Source: an uncultured bacterium
GTDB lineage: Bacteria; Verrucomicrobiota; Verrucomicrobiia; Verrucomicrobiales; DEV007
NCBI GenBank assembly: GCA_963977015.1
Contig: CAXBMO010000003.1
Location: 32,001 to 96,000 of the forward strand
Reading direction: 5' to 3'
DNA: 64,000 nt
Below the pieces are notes generated by a model. The model did no database searches. It saw only the letters and a program-made list of their open reading frames with translations, and was not told where the DNA came from. Within the stretch, counting starts at the first letter, position 1, and each line of letters begins with the position of its first letter. This document shows positions 10,450 through 19,132 of this stretch, in pieces. The position numbers and the translations under genes were made by a program.

Positions 10450-11160
10450 CTAGCTCGGGCCGAGGAAGTCGGCCCTGATGCTTGGCTCAAAGGGCATTTG
10501 GATGATCCTTGGACTCCTCAGTTTCGATTGAAGGGCGGATTCGAAGTTCTGTAGCATCAAGGATCTCGATTCGGAGGATGAATTTCGATGGTGGGCGGAA
10601 GTGGTGAAATGGTGATGGTTCAGCAGCAGGCTTAGCAGCCCTGCAAAGCCAATCGGTTTCACAGCTGGAGGAGAGGGGAGTGCCCGCAGCCGAATTTTAG
10701 GTTGGAAGTCACCTAAATAGACGTCATCTGGATGCAAGGAATCGATGGTCAGTTCCAGCCGTTCGCTTCGTTTTAGCGCACGATGAATTGCCCAGCCGAT
10801 CTGAATGGCTTTCGGTGTTTCGAGCGGTCCTGATTTCAGGATTTGGGAAATGGTGCTCAACTCGTCCACATCCTCGATCACCCAATGAGAGGTCTTCGTG
10901 CTCCAACGCTCGGACAGATGGGTGATTGGCCGGTGCCAGGTTTGGCTGAATGCCCAAGCTCGGTTGATGGTGTGACAAGACTCCGAATCTTTGGGAAACC
11001 GGTGAACCACAGTTTTTCTCCCGCTTGGTTTCCGAACATGAAACCGGGTTGGGCCGTCGCTCTCATGGTTCTCGCAGGGCAGAAAAATCCCACGTCTTGC
11101 CAGCTCGATTCGGTCTTCGTCTCTAAAAAATGACTTCGGGAATTTCTGAGATTTCAGCAT
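10450..11160 (-). CDS. Hypothetical protein with degenerate Ser/Thr kinase-like segment (putative pseudokinase)
   Basis: WVIEDVDELSTISQILKSGPLETPKAIQIGWAIHRAL...IDSLHPDDVYL parallels Hanks kinase subdomains V-VIb, but HRD, the VAIK lysine and DFG are absent. Confidence 0.45.
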   Translation of the reverse strand: MLKSQKFPKSFFRDEDRIELARRGIFLPCENHESDGPTRFHVRKPSGRKTVVHRFPKDSESCHTINRAWAFSQTWHRPITHLSERWSTKTSHWVIEDVDELSTISQILKSGPLETPKAIQIGWAIHRALKRSERLELTIDSLHPDDVYLGDFQPKIRLRALPSPPAVKPIGFAGLLSLLLNHHHFTTSAHHRNSSSESRSLMLQNFESALQSKLRSPRIIQMPFEPSIRADFLGPS

Positions 11161-11254
11161 TGCGTCTCAATTTTGAGATTGAGAATCTAGGCAATATTGA
11201 AAAGAAGGCAATTGAGATTGTCAGTATTTCAGAGTTATCACCCTCAGAGCGCGA

Positions 11255-12253
11255 TCAAGGCACTGGAAGATGATTCAGGATCTCCTGAATGATCTGTTCC
11301 GTTGTGATTCCCTCGGCCTCAGCCTCATACGTCAGCAAAATCCGATGCCTCAGTACGTCGGTCGCGAGATCTTTGATGTCCTCAGGCCAAACGCTGCCCC
11401 GGCCATTCAGGAAAGCGCGCGCTCGAGCGGCAAGCGTAAGGTTAATGGTGCCTCGGGGCGAAGAACCGGCCCGAATCAGAGGCTTGAGGTTCTCGTGGAT
11501 TCGGTCGGGATTCCGGGTCGCATCAATCAAATCAACAATGTAGTCCTTGATCGAATCGTCGATATAGATCTGATTCACCAATGACCGGCTGTTGATGATG
11601 GTTTCCGGATCGACAATCTGCCGAGTCTCGGGGGGCTTCGAACTGGTGGCCATCAGGTCGAGAATTTGGCGCTCTTCCGCCCGGGTTGGGTAGTCGACGT
11701 TTACTTTGAGGAGGAAACGGTCCAGTTGAGCCTCTGGAAGTTGGTAGGTTCCTTCCTGGTCAATTGGGTTCTGCGTTGCCAGGACCAGAAACGGATCGGG
11801 AAGAAGGTAGGTGTTTTCTCCAATCGTGACCTGTCTCTCCTGCATCGCTTCGAGAAGAGCACTTTGAACCTTTGCTGGCGCCCGGTTAATCTCGTCAGCC
11901 AGAATCAGGTTCGAGAAAATGGGGCCTAACTTCGCGGTAAATTCAGCAGATTGCTGATTGTAAATCATGGTGCCGATCAGGTCGGCGGGAAGGAGGTCCG
12001 GGGTAAATTGGAAGCGTTGAAAGTCAACATGCAAGCACCCGCTGAGGGCTTTGATGGTCAGGGTTTTCGCGAGACCGGGAACCCCTTCGAGGAGGACATG
12101 GCCATTGGTGAGCAAGCCAACCATCAGCCGATCCACCAACTCGTGCTGGCCGATCAAGACCCGGGACATCTCGTCCCTAACTGCCTGAACCCAGGTAAAT
12201 TGCTTCTCGATTTGTTCAGTGAGGACCGCGGGTTCGATGGGAGCGCTAGGCAT
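11255..12253 (-). CDS. moxR: MoxR family AAA+ ATPase
   Basis: HVLLEGVPGLAKT, FTPDLLPAD, LADEINRAPAKVQSALLEAM, ATQNP and PEAQLDRF. Confidence 0.95.
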   Translation of the reverse strand: MPSAPIEPAVLTEQIEKQFTWVQAVRDEMSRVLIGQHELVDRLMVGLLTNGHVLLEGVPGLAKTLTIKALSGCLHVDFQRFQFTPDLLPADLIGTMIYNQQSAEFTAKLGPIFSNLILADEINRAPAKVQSALLEAMQERQVTIGENTYLLPDPFLVLATQNPIDQEGTYQLPEAQLDRFLLKVNVDYPTRAEERQILDLMATSSKPPETRQIVDPETIINSRSLVNQIYIDDSIKDYIVDLIDATRNPDRIHENLKPLIRAGSSPRGTINLTLAARARAFLNGRGSVWPEDIKDLATDVLRHRILLTYEAEAEGITTEQIIQEILNHLPVP

Positions 12254-12325
12254 AAGTTGATCCGATAATAGTATGAATGAAGATCGCAAAGGATGCCGAA
12301 ACCCTCGCAAAGTTCAAGCTAAGAG

Positions 12326-13768
12326 CTAGGAATCCGGTGATTCAGCATTTCCTCCGTCTTCGACGCCGCTTTCCGGGGTTTGATTCGCTCCTTCTCTCGC
12401 CAGTCGCTGAGTCATTTCCGGCTGAATTCGCCGCTCCCAGATATATCGCCGGAAGAGCACTTTGACGGCTGCGGTGAGGGGAACCGCGAGAAGCGCTCCG
12501 AGTAATCCACCAAGAAGCAGACCCCAGAAAAGCATTGAAAAAATGACCGTGATTGGATGGAGGCCAACGCTGTCGCCAACAATTTTCGGTGCCGTCACCA
12601 ATCCGTTGATCTGCTGTAGAATCACAAAAAGCAAAATCACGATGACGGCATAGGTGCCCACTTGTGTCGGTAGCCAATTCCAGGTGTTCGTGTAGATCTC
12701 GTAGCTGAGCGGGTTTCCCGCGGCATCGAGAATCGTCTCATGAATCCGATGATCACGGCCGGCCAACTCAGCTGCCGGAATCAGGGTTTTTGACCCAAAG
12801 TGCACCAGCGTGATAATAATCGTGGGAATCAGCACGATGAGCGAGCCGACGTAGGGAATGAGGCCGAGAATTGCGAGAAACACCCCCAGCAGGAGAGCGT
12901 AGGGCAGTCCCATGAAACTGAGGGCGATCGTGACAAGCAGCGCGTCAATCATGCTGACGAGCATTTGTCCGCGAAAATAGGCGATGAGATATTGATTGAT
13001 CTCTTTCAGGACATCGACCAGCTCGTCTTTGAGCTTCGATTTCCGGAGCGGAACATAGTCACTCCAATTCTTTGCGATGCTCGTGCTTTCCCGAAGGAAG
13101 AAGAACAGATAAATGGGAACGAGGAAAAACCCGAGGAGATAGCCCAATATCGAGGCGGCGCTGGAGAAACCTCGACCGAAAAAGACGGCCAATTCGTCCA
13201 TAAAGCCGCTCACGTGATCCCAAACCCAGCTTGAAAGCGTCCCGACATCCCAAGTGTTGTCTTCCGTCTTGAAACGTTGGACAAAGGTGAGGTTTCCAAC
13301 CCGTTCGTCAATCGATTGCAGAATATCATTCAGCTTCTGCTCAAGTTTCGTTTCGGTTTTCGTTCCCCCTTCCGGACGGTCTGTTGAGTCCTCAACGATG
13401 ATGCTGGGTATCTCCGTGAGATATTCAGCCGAGAATTTCTTGGCTTGTCGTACGGTTGGATAAATGACGAGGAACGCCAAAAGAAGCAGGAACGAGAGGA
13501 AGGAGAAAAAGACGGTATAGACGGCCCGTTTGCGTTCAACGCCCCGCTTGACCAGAAGAATGATCACGGGTTCCAGAAGGTAGGCCAGGATCGCGGCTAC
13601 GGCGACGGGAACAAGAACCGGCTGAAGATATCCCAAGCCCCAGCTTACGAGGAAGACCGCTCCAACCGAAATTGCACCCAGAACCACGATGCAGAAGGCA
13701 GTCAGGGCTGCCCAAGCCGTTTTCTTTTGGAACGTTGATGGAGAAAAATTGCGCACCTGAGAAATCAA
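12326..13768 (-). CDS. AI-2E family transporter (PerM/TqsA-like)
   Basis: AYLLEPV, YFRGQ, IPYVG, PKIVGDSVGLHP and GALLAVP; start codon uncertain. Confidence 0.9.
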   Translation of the reverse strand: MISQVRNFSPSTFQKKTAWAALTAFCIVVLGAISVGAVFLVSWGLGYLQPVLVPVAVAAILAYLLEPVIILLVKRGVERKRAVYTVFFSFLSFLLLLAFLVIYPTVRQAKKFSAEYLTEIPSIIVEDSTDRPEGGTKTETKLEQKLNDILQSIDERVGNLTFVQRFKTEDNTWDVGTLSSWVWDHVSGFMDELAVFFGRGFSSAASILGYLLGFFLVPIYLFFFLRESTSIAKNWSDYVPLRKSKLKDELVDVLKEINQYLIAYFRGQMLVSMIDALLVTIALSFMGLPYALLLGVFLAILGLIPYVGSLIVLIPTIIITLVHFGSKTLIPAAELAGRDHRIHETILDAAGNPLSYEIYTNTWNWLPTQVGTYAVIVILLFVILQQINGLVTAPKIVGDSVGLHPITVIFSMLFWGLLLGGLLGALLAVPLTAAVKVLFRRYIWERRIQPEMTQRLAREGANQTPESGVEDGGNAESPDS

Positions 13769-13936
13769 AATGAATTGATTCCCAACCCTTCATACGGTCT
13801 CAGGACAAATCAACTTTGGGTTCGTAGAATGCTAAATTCTGTTTAACGACATGGAAAAACGTTGGATTTGCCCTTCAATCTGCGCGACTGGTCCCTCGTA
13901 GCGCCGTCCTTTGGTTCATGGGGGCGAACTTTTACA

Positions 13937-14671
13937 ATGGCTGCGACCAATCAATTTTTCAGCTTAAGCCTGACCCGTCCCGGCGCAAAACGAGACGTCG
14001 TTGATCACAAGGAAAACGAGGATCGCGTGTTGGTGCGAGAGTTTAGCAAGGAGGAAACCTTCAGCGAATCTCCGACCATGCTGGTCGCGGTCGCTGATGG
14101 CGTCAGTCGATGTGCGGACGGTGGTGCGGTGGCCGAATGGTTGCTGACGCAAATTGATCGCGATGTGATTTTCGAAGAGAATCACCAGAAAACCCTCATC
14201 AATCAGTTTCACGATTACGCCGAGTCGCTCCGAGCCAAGTTCATGGTCGAGTTTAAGGACCGGCCTGAAATCCAGGAGAGCGGTTGCACGTTTGCAGCGG
14301 CATTGGTCAGCGGCGACACCGGTGCTGCTTACTGGGCTGGTGATTCGCCAGTCTATTTGATTACCCCGAATGGGGAGCGGTTGAAGGCCCGCACCCTCAC
14401 AATCGCCGACAAAGATCCTTATTCGGGAGCGCTGACCGATTGCTTTAGTGGGGTCACGCCATTTCGGGTGAAGCAGGCCGGGTTTAAGGTGGAGCCTGGC
14501 CACATCGTCGTGGCTGTGAGCGACGGGGTGGCCTACGACGGCGAAGACTTGGCTGCGACGATTCATTCCAACGGTTTTACGCAGGAGTGGATGGAGTCGA
14601 TTTGCCAGCAATCCTTCGATATGCCGTTTTCTGATGATATCAGTTTGGCGGGCGTCCGAATCGAGGATTGA
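13937..14671 (+). CDS. PP2C/SpoIIE-like protein phosphatase
   Basis: NED, VAVADG, GCT, WAGDSP, VSDGV and DDIS metal-binding motifs. Confidence 0.85.
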   Translation: MAATNQFFSLSLTRPGAKRDVVDHKENEDRVLVREFSKEETFSESPTMLVAVADGVSRCADGGAVAEWLLTQIDRDVIFEENHQKTLINQFHDYAESLRAKFMVEFKDRPEIQESGCTFAAALVSGDTGAAYWAGDSPVYLITPNGERLKARTLTIADKDPYSGALTDCFSGVTPFRVKQAGFKVEPGHIVVAVSDGVAYDGEDLAATIHSNGFTQEWMESICQQSFDMPFSDDISLAGVRIED

Positions 14672-14727
14672 AGCTTCCGAAAAAGGCGGTTGAGAGCGAG
14701 CCTTCCCTCGGGTAAATCTTTGCAGAT

Positions 14728-15792
14728 ATGCCTGACGAAACAGCGGTTCGCGAAACACTAGCCCAAGTAAAATACCCGGGATTTTCCCGTGATGTCGTTT
14801 CCTTTGGATTAGTCAAGGAGATCAAAATTGACGGAAGCGCAGTCGACGTTGTCTTCTCATTTGCGACGCGGGATCCCAAAGTTCCGGAGCAAATTTATAA
14901 GGACGCCCGGGCGGCTCTCGAAGCGATGGATGGCGTTGATGAGGTTCATCTTGAGTTTGATATCAAGGATCCGCCACAACAACAGCCGCCAGCAGCCGGG
15001 GGTGAAGGTGGAGTGATGGCTGATGCGAAAATTCCCGGAGTGAAGCACGTCATTGCGGTTGGCAGCGGCAAAGGTGGGGTAGGGAAGTCCACGGTGGCGG
15101 CGAATCTGGCCGTTGCGCTGCAGAAGACCGGCGCCCGCGTTGGGCTTTGCGACTGCGACCTTTATGGCCCGAGCGTCGCGATGATGTTCGGCAGCAATGA
15201 TCAGCCGATGGTGAACGAGGCGGATCAGATCATCCCAATTCGCGCTCACGGGCTTCAACTGATGTCGATGGGCTTTATGCTGGGCGATGATTCTCCAGTC
15301 ATTGTCCGGGGGCCGATGGCGACCCGCTACACCCAGCAGTTTCTCCGGAATGTTGCGTGGGATCAGCTCGATTACTTGATTCTCGATCTCCCGCCCGGAA
15401 CCGGCGATATTCAGCTTACCATCGTGCAAACGGCCTCGCTTTCCGGGGCTGTGATTGTCACGACCCCTCAGGAAGTTGCGTTGATTGACGCCCGCAAGGC
15501 CGTGGCCATGTTCGGGAAAGTGAACGTGGAGATTTTGGGGATCGTCGAGAACATGAGCTACTTCCTTTGCCCGAGTGATGGGAAACGCTACGACATCTTT
15601 GGAACCGGCGGCGGAAAGAAGGAGGCCGAGACTCTCGGAGTTCCACTTCTCGGGGAGATCCCAATTGATATCGAAACCCGGCAGGCTTGCGATGATGGAG
15701 AACCGATCGCGATTCGTGATGAGAAGGACAACGCAACCAGCAAGGTATTTGCGGAAATCGCCCAAAAGCTCATAGCCCGAGTCGATGCGTGA
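14728..15792 (+). CDS. mrp: Mrp/NBP35 (ApbC) iron-sulfur cluster carrier ATPase
   Basis: N-terminal DUF59-like domain; SGKGGVGKST, DLPPGTGD, VTTPQ and ENMSYFLCP. Confidence 0.95.
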   Translation: MPDETAVRETLAQVKYPGFSRDVVSFGLVKEIKIDGSAVDVVFSFATRDPKVPEQIYKDARAALEAMDGVDEVHLEFDIKDPPQQQPPAAGGEGGVMADAKIPGVKHVIAVGSGKGGVGKSTVAANLAVALQKTGARVGLCDCDLYGPSVAMMFGSNDQPMVNEADQIIPIRAHGLQLMSMGFMLGDDSPVIVRGPMATRYTQQFLRNVAWDQLDYLILDLPPGTGDIQLTIVQTASLSGAVIVTTPQEVALIDARKAVAMFGKVNVEILGIVENMSYFLCPSDGKRYDIFGTGGGKKEAETLGVPLLGEIPIDIETRQACDDGEPIAIRDEKDNATSKVFAEIAQKLIARVDA

Positions 15793-16217
15793 TTCGATTT
15801 GAAGTCATTCGCCCGGATCCTGGGTTTTCGCTGACCCTCGAGGAAGAGAGCGGAGAAGTGGAGTTGGAGTGTCCCTTCTCGGTTCCGCTTTTTTTCGCTC
15901 AGAATTGTCGGAAAGGCGACTTGATGCTCTGGCTCGATGTCGAAACCAACGTCGTCGGCATTTTTGCCGGAGACAGAAGGGTGGCTTGGCGCCACGCCAT
16001 GATCGCGAGGGCCAATATTGCCATCCTTCATCCCGCCAAGGGGCAATCTGGGGTCGTTGGATTCGAAGTCGGACTACGAGAGGAAGCCGGGGAGCGGCCG
16101 GTATTCGCGGTGGATGAATATTCCCGGGAGATTCTGGATTGGTTCAAGCTGCGGAGATCCGCTCTGAACGAGTACTTTGGAGTCGAAGTTGCGGTGAAGG
16201 ATTACGGAACTCTGTAG
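15789..16217 (+). CDS. Hypothetical protein
   Basis: GTGA overlap with the mrp stop; 142 aa; no motif recognised. Confidence 0.55.
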   Translation: MIRFEVIRPDPGFSLTLEEESGEVELECPFSVPLFFAQNCRKGDLMLWLDVETNVVGIFAGDRRVAWRHAMIARANIAILHPAKGQSGVVGFEVGLREEAGERPVFAVDEYSREILDWFKLRRSALNEYFGVEVAVKDYGTL

Positions 16218-16288
16218 CAAATTGGGGAATCCGAATAACTCGTTCTCGACGGACGCCCAAGGGTGAGGCAAAGTTGCTCCACCTCCAA

Positions 16289-18244
16289 ATGGCCGTCTCC
16301 CTCGGTAAACAATATGATAAGCGCGCATTTCTGGGCGCAAAAGCGCACAAACGCTGGAAGCAGACGATTGATCCCAAGCGTCACAAGAGCGACCGGGAAC
16401 GACTGAAGCGCATCGAAGGTCTCGCTCAAGAGATGAGCCTGATGGAGCAGGTGGATTTTCGCCGGAAAGTGCAGGAGTGGAGAGCATTGGCGGCAAACAA
16501 GGAGCTAAAGCTGGAGGAAATCATTGAGCCTGCCTTTGCGATGGTGAGAGAGGCGTCTCGCCGAACAACGGGACTTTTCCATTACCCCGAACAGATCCTG
16601 GCTGGGTTGGCACTCGTTCGGGGAGGAGTGGCGGAGATGGCGACGGGAGAAGGAAAGACCCTCGGGGTGACCTTGCCCGCCTTCGTGTTTGCCCTGTTCG
16701 GAGAAGGAGTTCACGTGATTACGGTCAACAGTTACCTGGCGGAACGTGACCACGAGTTTACCGCCCCCATCCTGGAATATTTGGGGATTTCCTCAGCCCT
16801 ATTGCTTGAGGGACAGGAGGGGACTCCCGTGAAGAAAAAAACCGCCTACCTGGCGGATGTGACCTACGGCGTCGGTTATGAGTTTGGGTTCGACTATCTG
16901 CGCGATCAACTCGCGTTGATTCGTGCGCCGAAATCCGGTCCGCGCGAACGATTGAGAAACGCGTTGATGGGCGTCAAAACGCCGGAACCGCCGGTCGTTC
17001 AACGAAAACTGGCCTACGCGATTATTGACGAGGTCGACAGCGTTCTGATTGATGAAGCGGGATCGCCTCTCGTCATCAGTGAATCTCCACCCGGTGAGAA
17101 CGAGGCGTCACCCGCTTATTGGTTGGCGCGCGATGTCGCTGAAGATCTGATCGCGGATCAGCATTTCGAGCTGAAGCTGGCCAATCGCGGCGTGAAGTTG
17201 ACCCACGAGGGGTTTGACCTTGTTCACGAATTTGAAAACATTCCATGGGATCTCCTGCGAAGACCGTGGCACACCTACGTCTTGAATGCTCTCCGTGCGC
17301 TGCACTTTTTCCAGCGAGACGTGCACTATGTGGTCGATGACGAAGACAAAGTCGTGATCATTGACGAGTTTACGGGCCGAAGATTTGAAGAGCGAACTTG
17401 GCGCGATGGACTTCACCAGGCGGTTGAAGCGAAAGAAGAGGTGGAGATTCGCTCGGAGACTGATTCTGCGGCGAGCATTACCCGGCAACGCTATTTCGGG
17501 TTTTACGAGACCATCTGTGGATTGACGGGAACCGCAGCCGAGAGTGCGGGCGAATTCTGGCACTTTTTCAAAATGGATGTGGAACCAGTTCCTCTCCACA
17601 AACCGAGTCAGCGAAAGATCCTTCCGGAACGTGTCTTTCAAACCCAGGACGCGATGTATCACGCCGTCGTTGCGGATGTCATTCAGCGGTACCAGACCTG
17701 GCAGCCAATCTTGATTGGAACCCGTACCATTCGAGCGAGTGAAGCCCTGGCGGAGTTGATGACCCAATCGGGAGTTCCTTTTACCTTGCTTACCGCCAAA
17801 CAAGACGAGGAGGAGAGCGAAATTGTGGCGAAAGCCGGACAACCAGGGCACGTGCTTCTCGCGACCAACATGGCAGGTCGCGGAACCCACATTGGCCTCA
17901 CGGACGACGCGAAAGCTGCCGGAGGTCTTCACGTGATCGTCGTCGAACGCAATGAGTCGATCCGTATCGACCGTCAGCTCATTGGCCGCGGTGCACGGCA
18001 AGGTGAGGTGGGCGGTGCGCAGATGTTTGTCAGCGCAGACGATCACCTGGTTGAGATGTATGCGCCGGAGCTGGCCACCGAGATGCGCAAGGCGCGAGCG
18101 GACTCCAACGGAGAGCTACCCGGAAAATTCAGCAAAGACTTTGATGAGCTTCAAGCAGAAGTTGAGCGTCGACGCTATGAACAGCGTTTGGCAATGGCCC
18201 ATCGCGACAAGTGGCTCGATGAAATCAAAACCAATCTGGCATGA
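16289..18244 (+). CDS. secA2: Truncated SecA paralog (SecA DEAD motor + PPXD, lacking most C-terminal domains)
   Basis: EMATGEGKT, ITVNSYLAERD, FGFDYLRD, IIDEVDSVLIDEA, GLHQAVEAKE, GLTGTA, TNMAGRG and DRQLIGRGARQG; the protein ends at about 650 aa. Confidence 0.9.
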   Translation: MAVSLGKQYDKRAFLGAKAHKRWKQTIDPKRHKSDRERLKRIEGLAQEMSLMEQVDFRRKVQEWRALAANKELKLEEIIEPAFAMVREASRRTTGLFHYPEQILAGLALVRGGVAEMATGEGKTLGVTLPAFVFALFGEGVHVITVNSYLAERDHEFTAPILEYLGISSALLLEGQEGTPVKKKTAYLADVTYGVGYEFGFDYLRDQLALIRAPKSGPRERLRNALMGVKTPEPPVVQRKLAYAIIDEVDSVLIDEAGSPLVISESPPGENEASPAYWLARDVAEDLIADQHFELKLANRGVKLTHEGFDLVHEFENIPWDLLRRPWHTYVLNALRALHFFQRDVHYVVDDEDKVVIIDEFTGRRFEERTWRDGLHQAVEAKEEVEIRSETDSAASITRQRYFGFYETICGLTGTAAESAGEFWHFFKMDVEPVPLHKPSQRKILPERVFQTQDAMYHAVVADVIQRYQTWQPILIGTRTIRASEALAELMTQSGVPFTLLTAKQDEEESEIVAKAGQPGHVLLATNMAGRGTHIGLTDDAKAAGGLHVIVVERNESIRIDRQLIGRGARQGEVGGAQMFVSADDHLVEMYAPELATEMRKARADSNGELPGKFSKDFDELQAEVERRRYEQRLAMAHRDKWLDEIKTNLA

Positions 18245-19056
18245 GAAACTACCTAACCCTATTCCTAATCACGTTGAGCGGAACTTTGGCGGCTCAGGAT
18301 ACTGAAGAAGTTCTGACCTATCTGGAGCCCTACCGTTCCATTGAAATTTCTCCGATTGAAATTGGAGTGATCAGTGAGGTGGTTGCCAACGAAGGCGACA
18401 AGGTATCGGTTGGCGACGTTCTGCTGAAACTTGATACGGAGATTACCGAGGCCCGGTTGGGTATCGCACAAATGCAGGCCGACAGTGAGGGCCGGGTACA
18501 AGCAGCGGAAGCTGAATTTGAACTCCAGCAGGACAGGACGGATCGCGTGGAGCGACTGAGCGGAGCCAGTGCCGCGGAAAAGCGCAAGGAGCGTGCCACG
18601 TTGAAAATCGCCGAAGGAAACCTGATCATCGCTCAGGAGGAACGGGAAAGTTACAAGCTTCAGGTGAAACAAATTGAAGCGGAATTGAGAAGACGGATTC
18701 TGACTAGTCCGATTGATGGGATCGTCACGGAGATTACGAAGGATGTCGCCGAGGCCGTTACTCCTTCTGAAATCCGGGAGGACAACTTTTTGGTCAGGGT
18801 CGTAAAAGTCGACCAACTCAGGTGTGTGGGGCATGTTCCAGAAAGTCTCGCCCGCTCGCTTCACGTGGGGGATAGTCTGGATGTTCGAATCGAAGACGGG
18901 AAAGACACCATGGTTCGGGGGAAGATTGAGTTTGTTTCAGCAGTGATCAATCCTGCCACGAAAACCATTCGAATTCGGTTAGTAATTGAGAACCAATCCG
19001 GGAAGCTTCGAAGTGGTTCTTCCGCCAACATCTTGATTCCGCGGAGACTTTCCTGA
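18241..19056 (+). CDS. Efflux/T1SS periplasmic adaptor (HlyD/RND membrane fusion protein)
   Basis: Signal peptide; lipoyl half-motifs GVISEVVANEGDKVSVGDVLLKLD and SPIDGIV; coiled hairpin; GKIEFVSAVINPATKT; LRSG. Confidence 0.9.
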   Translation: MRNYLTLFLITLSGTLAAQDTEEVLTYLEPYRSIEISPIEIGVISEVVANEGDKVSVGDVLLKLDTEITEARLGIAQMQADSEGRVQAAEAEFELQQDRTDRVERLSGASAAEKRKERATLKIAEGNLIIAQEERESYKLQVKQIEAELRRRILTSPIDGIVTEITKDVAEAVTPSEIREDNFLVRVVKVDQLRCVGHVPESLARSLHVGDSLDVRIEDGKDTMVRGKIEFVSAVINPATKTIRIRLVIENQSGKLRSGSSANILIPRRLS

Positions 19057-19071
19057 TCTGCCTCTAAAAGA

Positions 19072-19099
19072 TTGCTGAGAAATCGGGGACGGCTATAGT
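19072..19099 (+). promoter_or_regulatory. Putative sigma70 promoter of the L,D-transpeptidase gene
   Basis: TTGCTG-N16-TATAGT ending 33 nt upstream of ATG 19133. Confidence 0.4.
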
Positions 19100-19132
19100 C
19101 TGCTGCATGTTCGGTGAACGTAGTTTCCGTCG

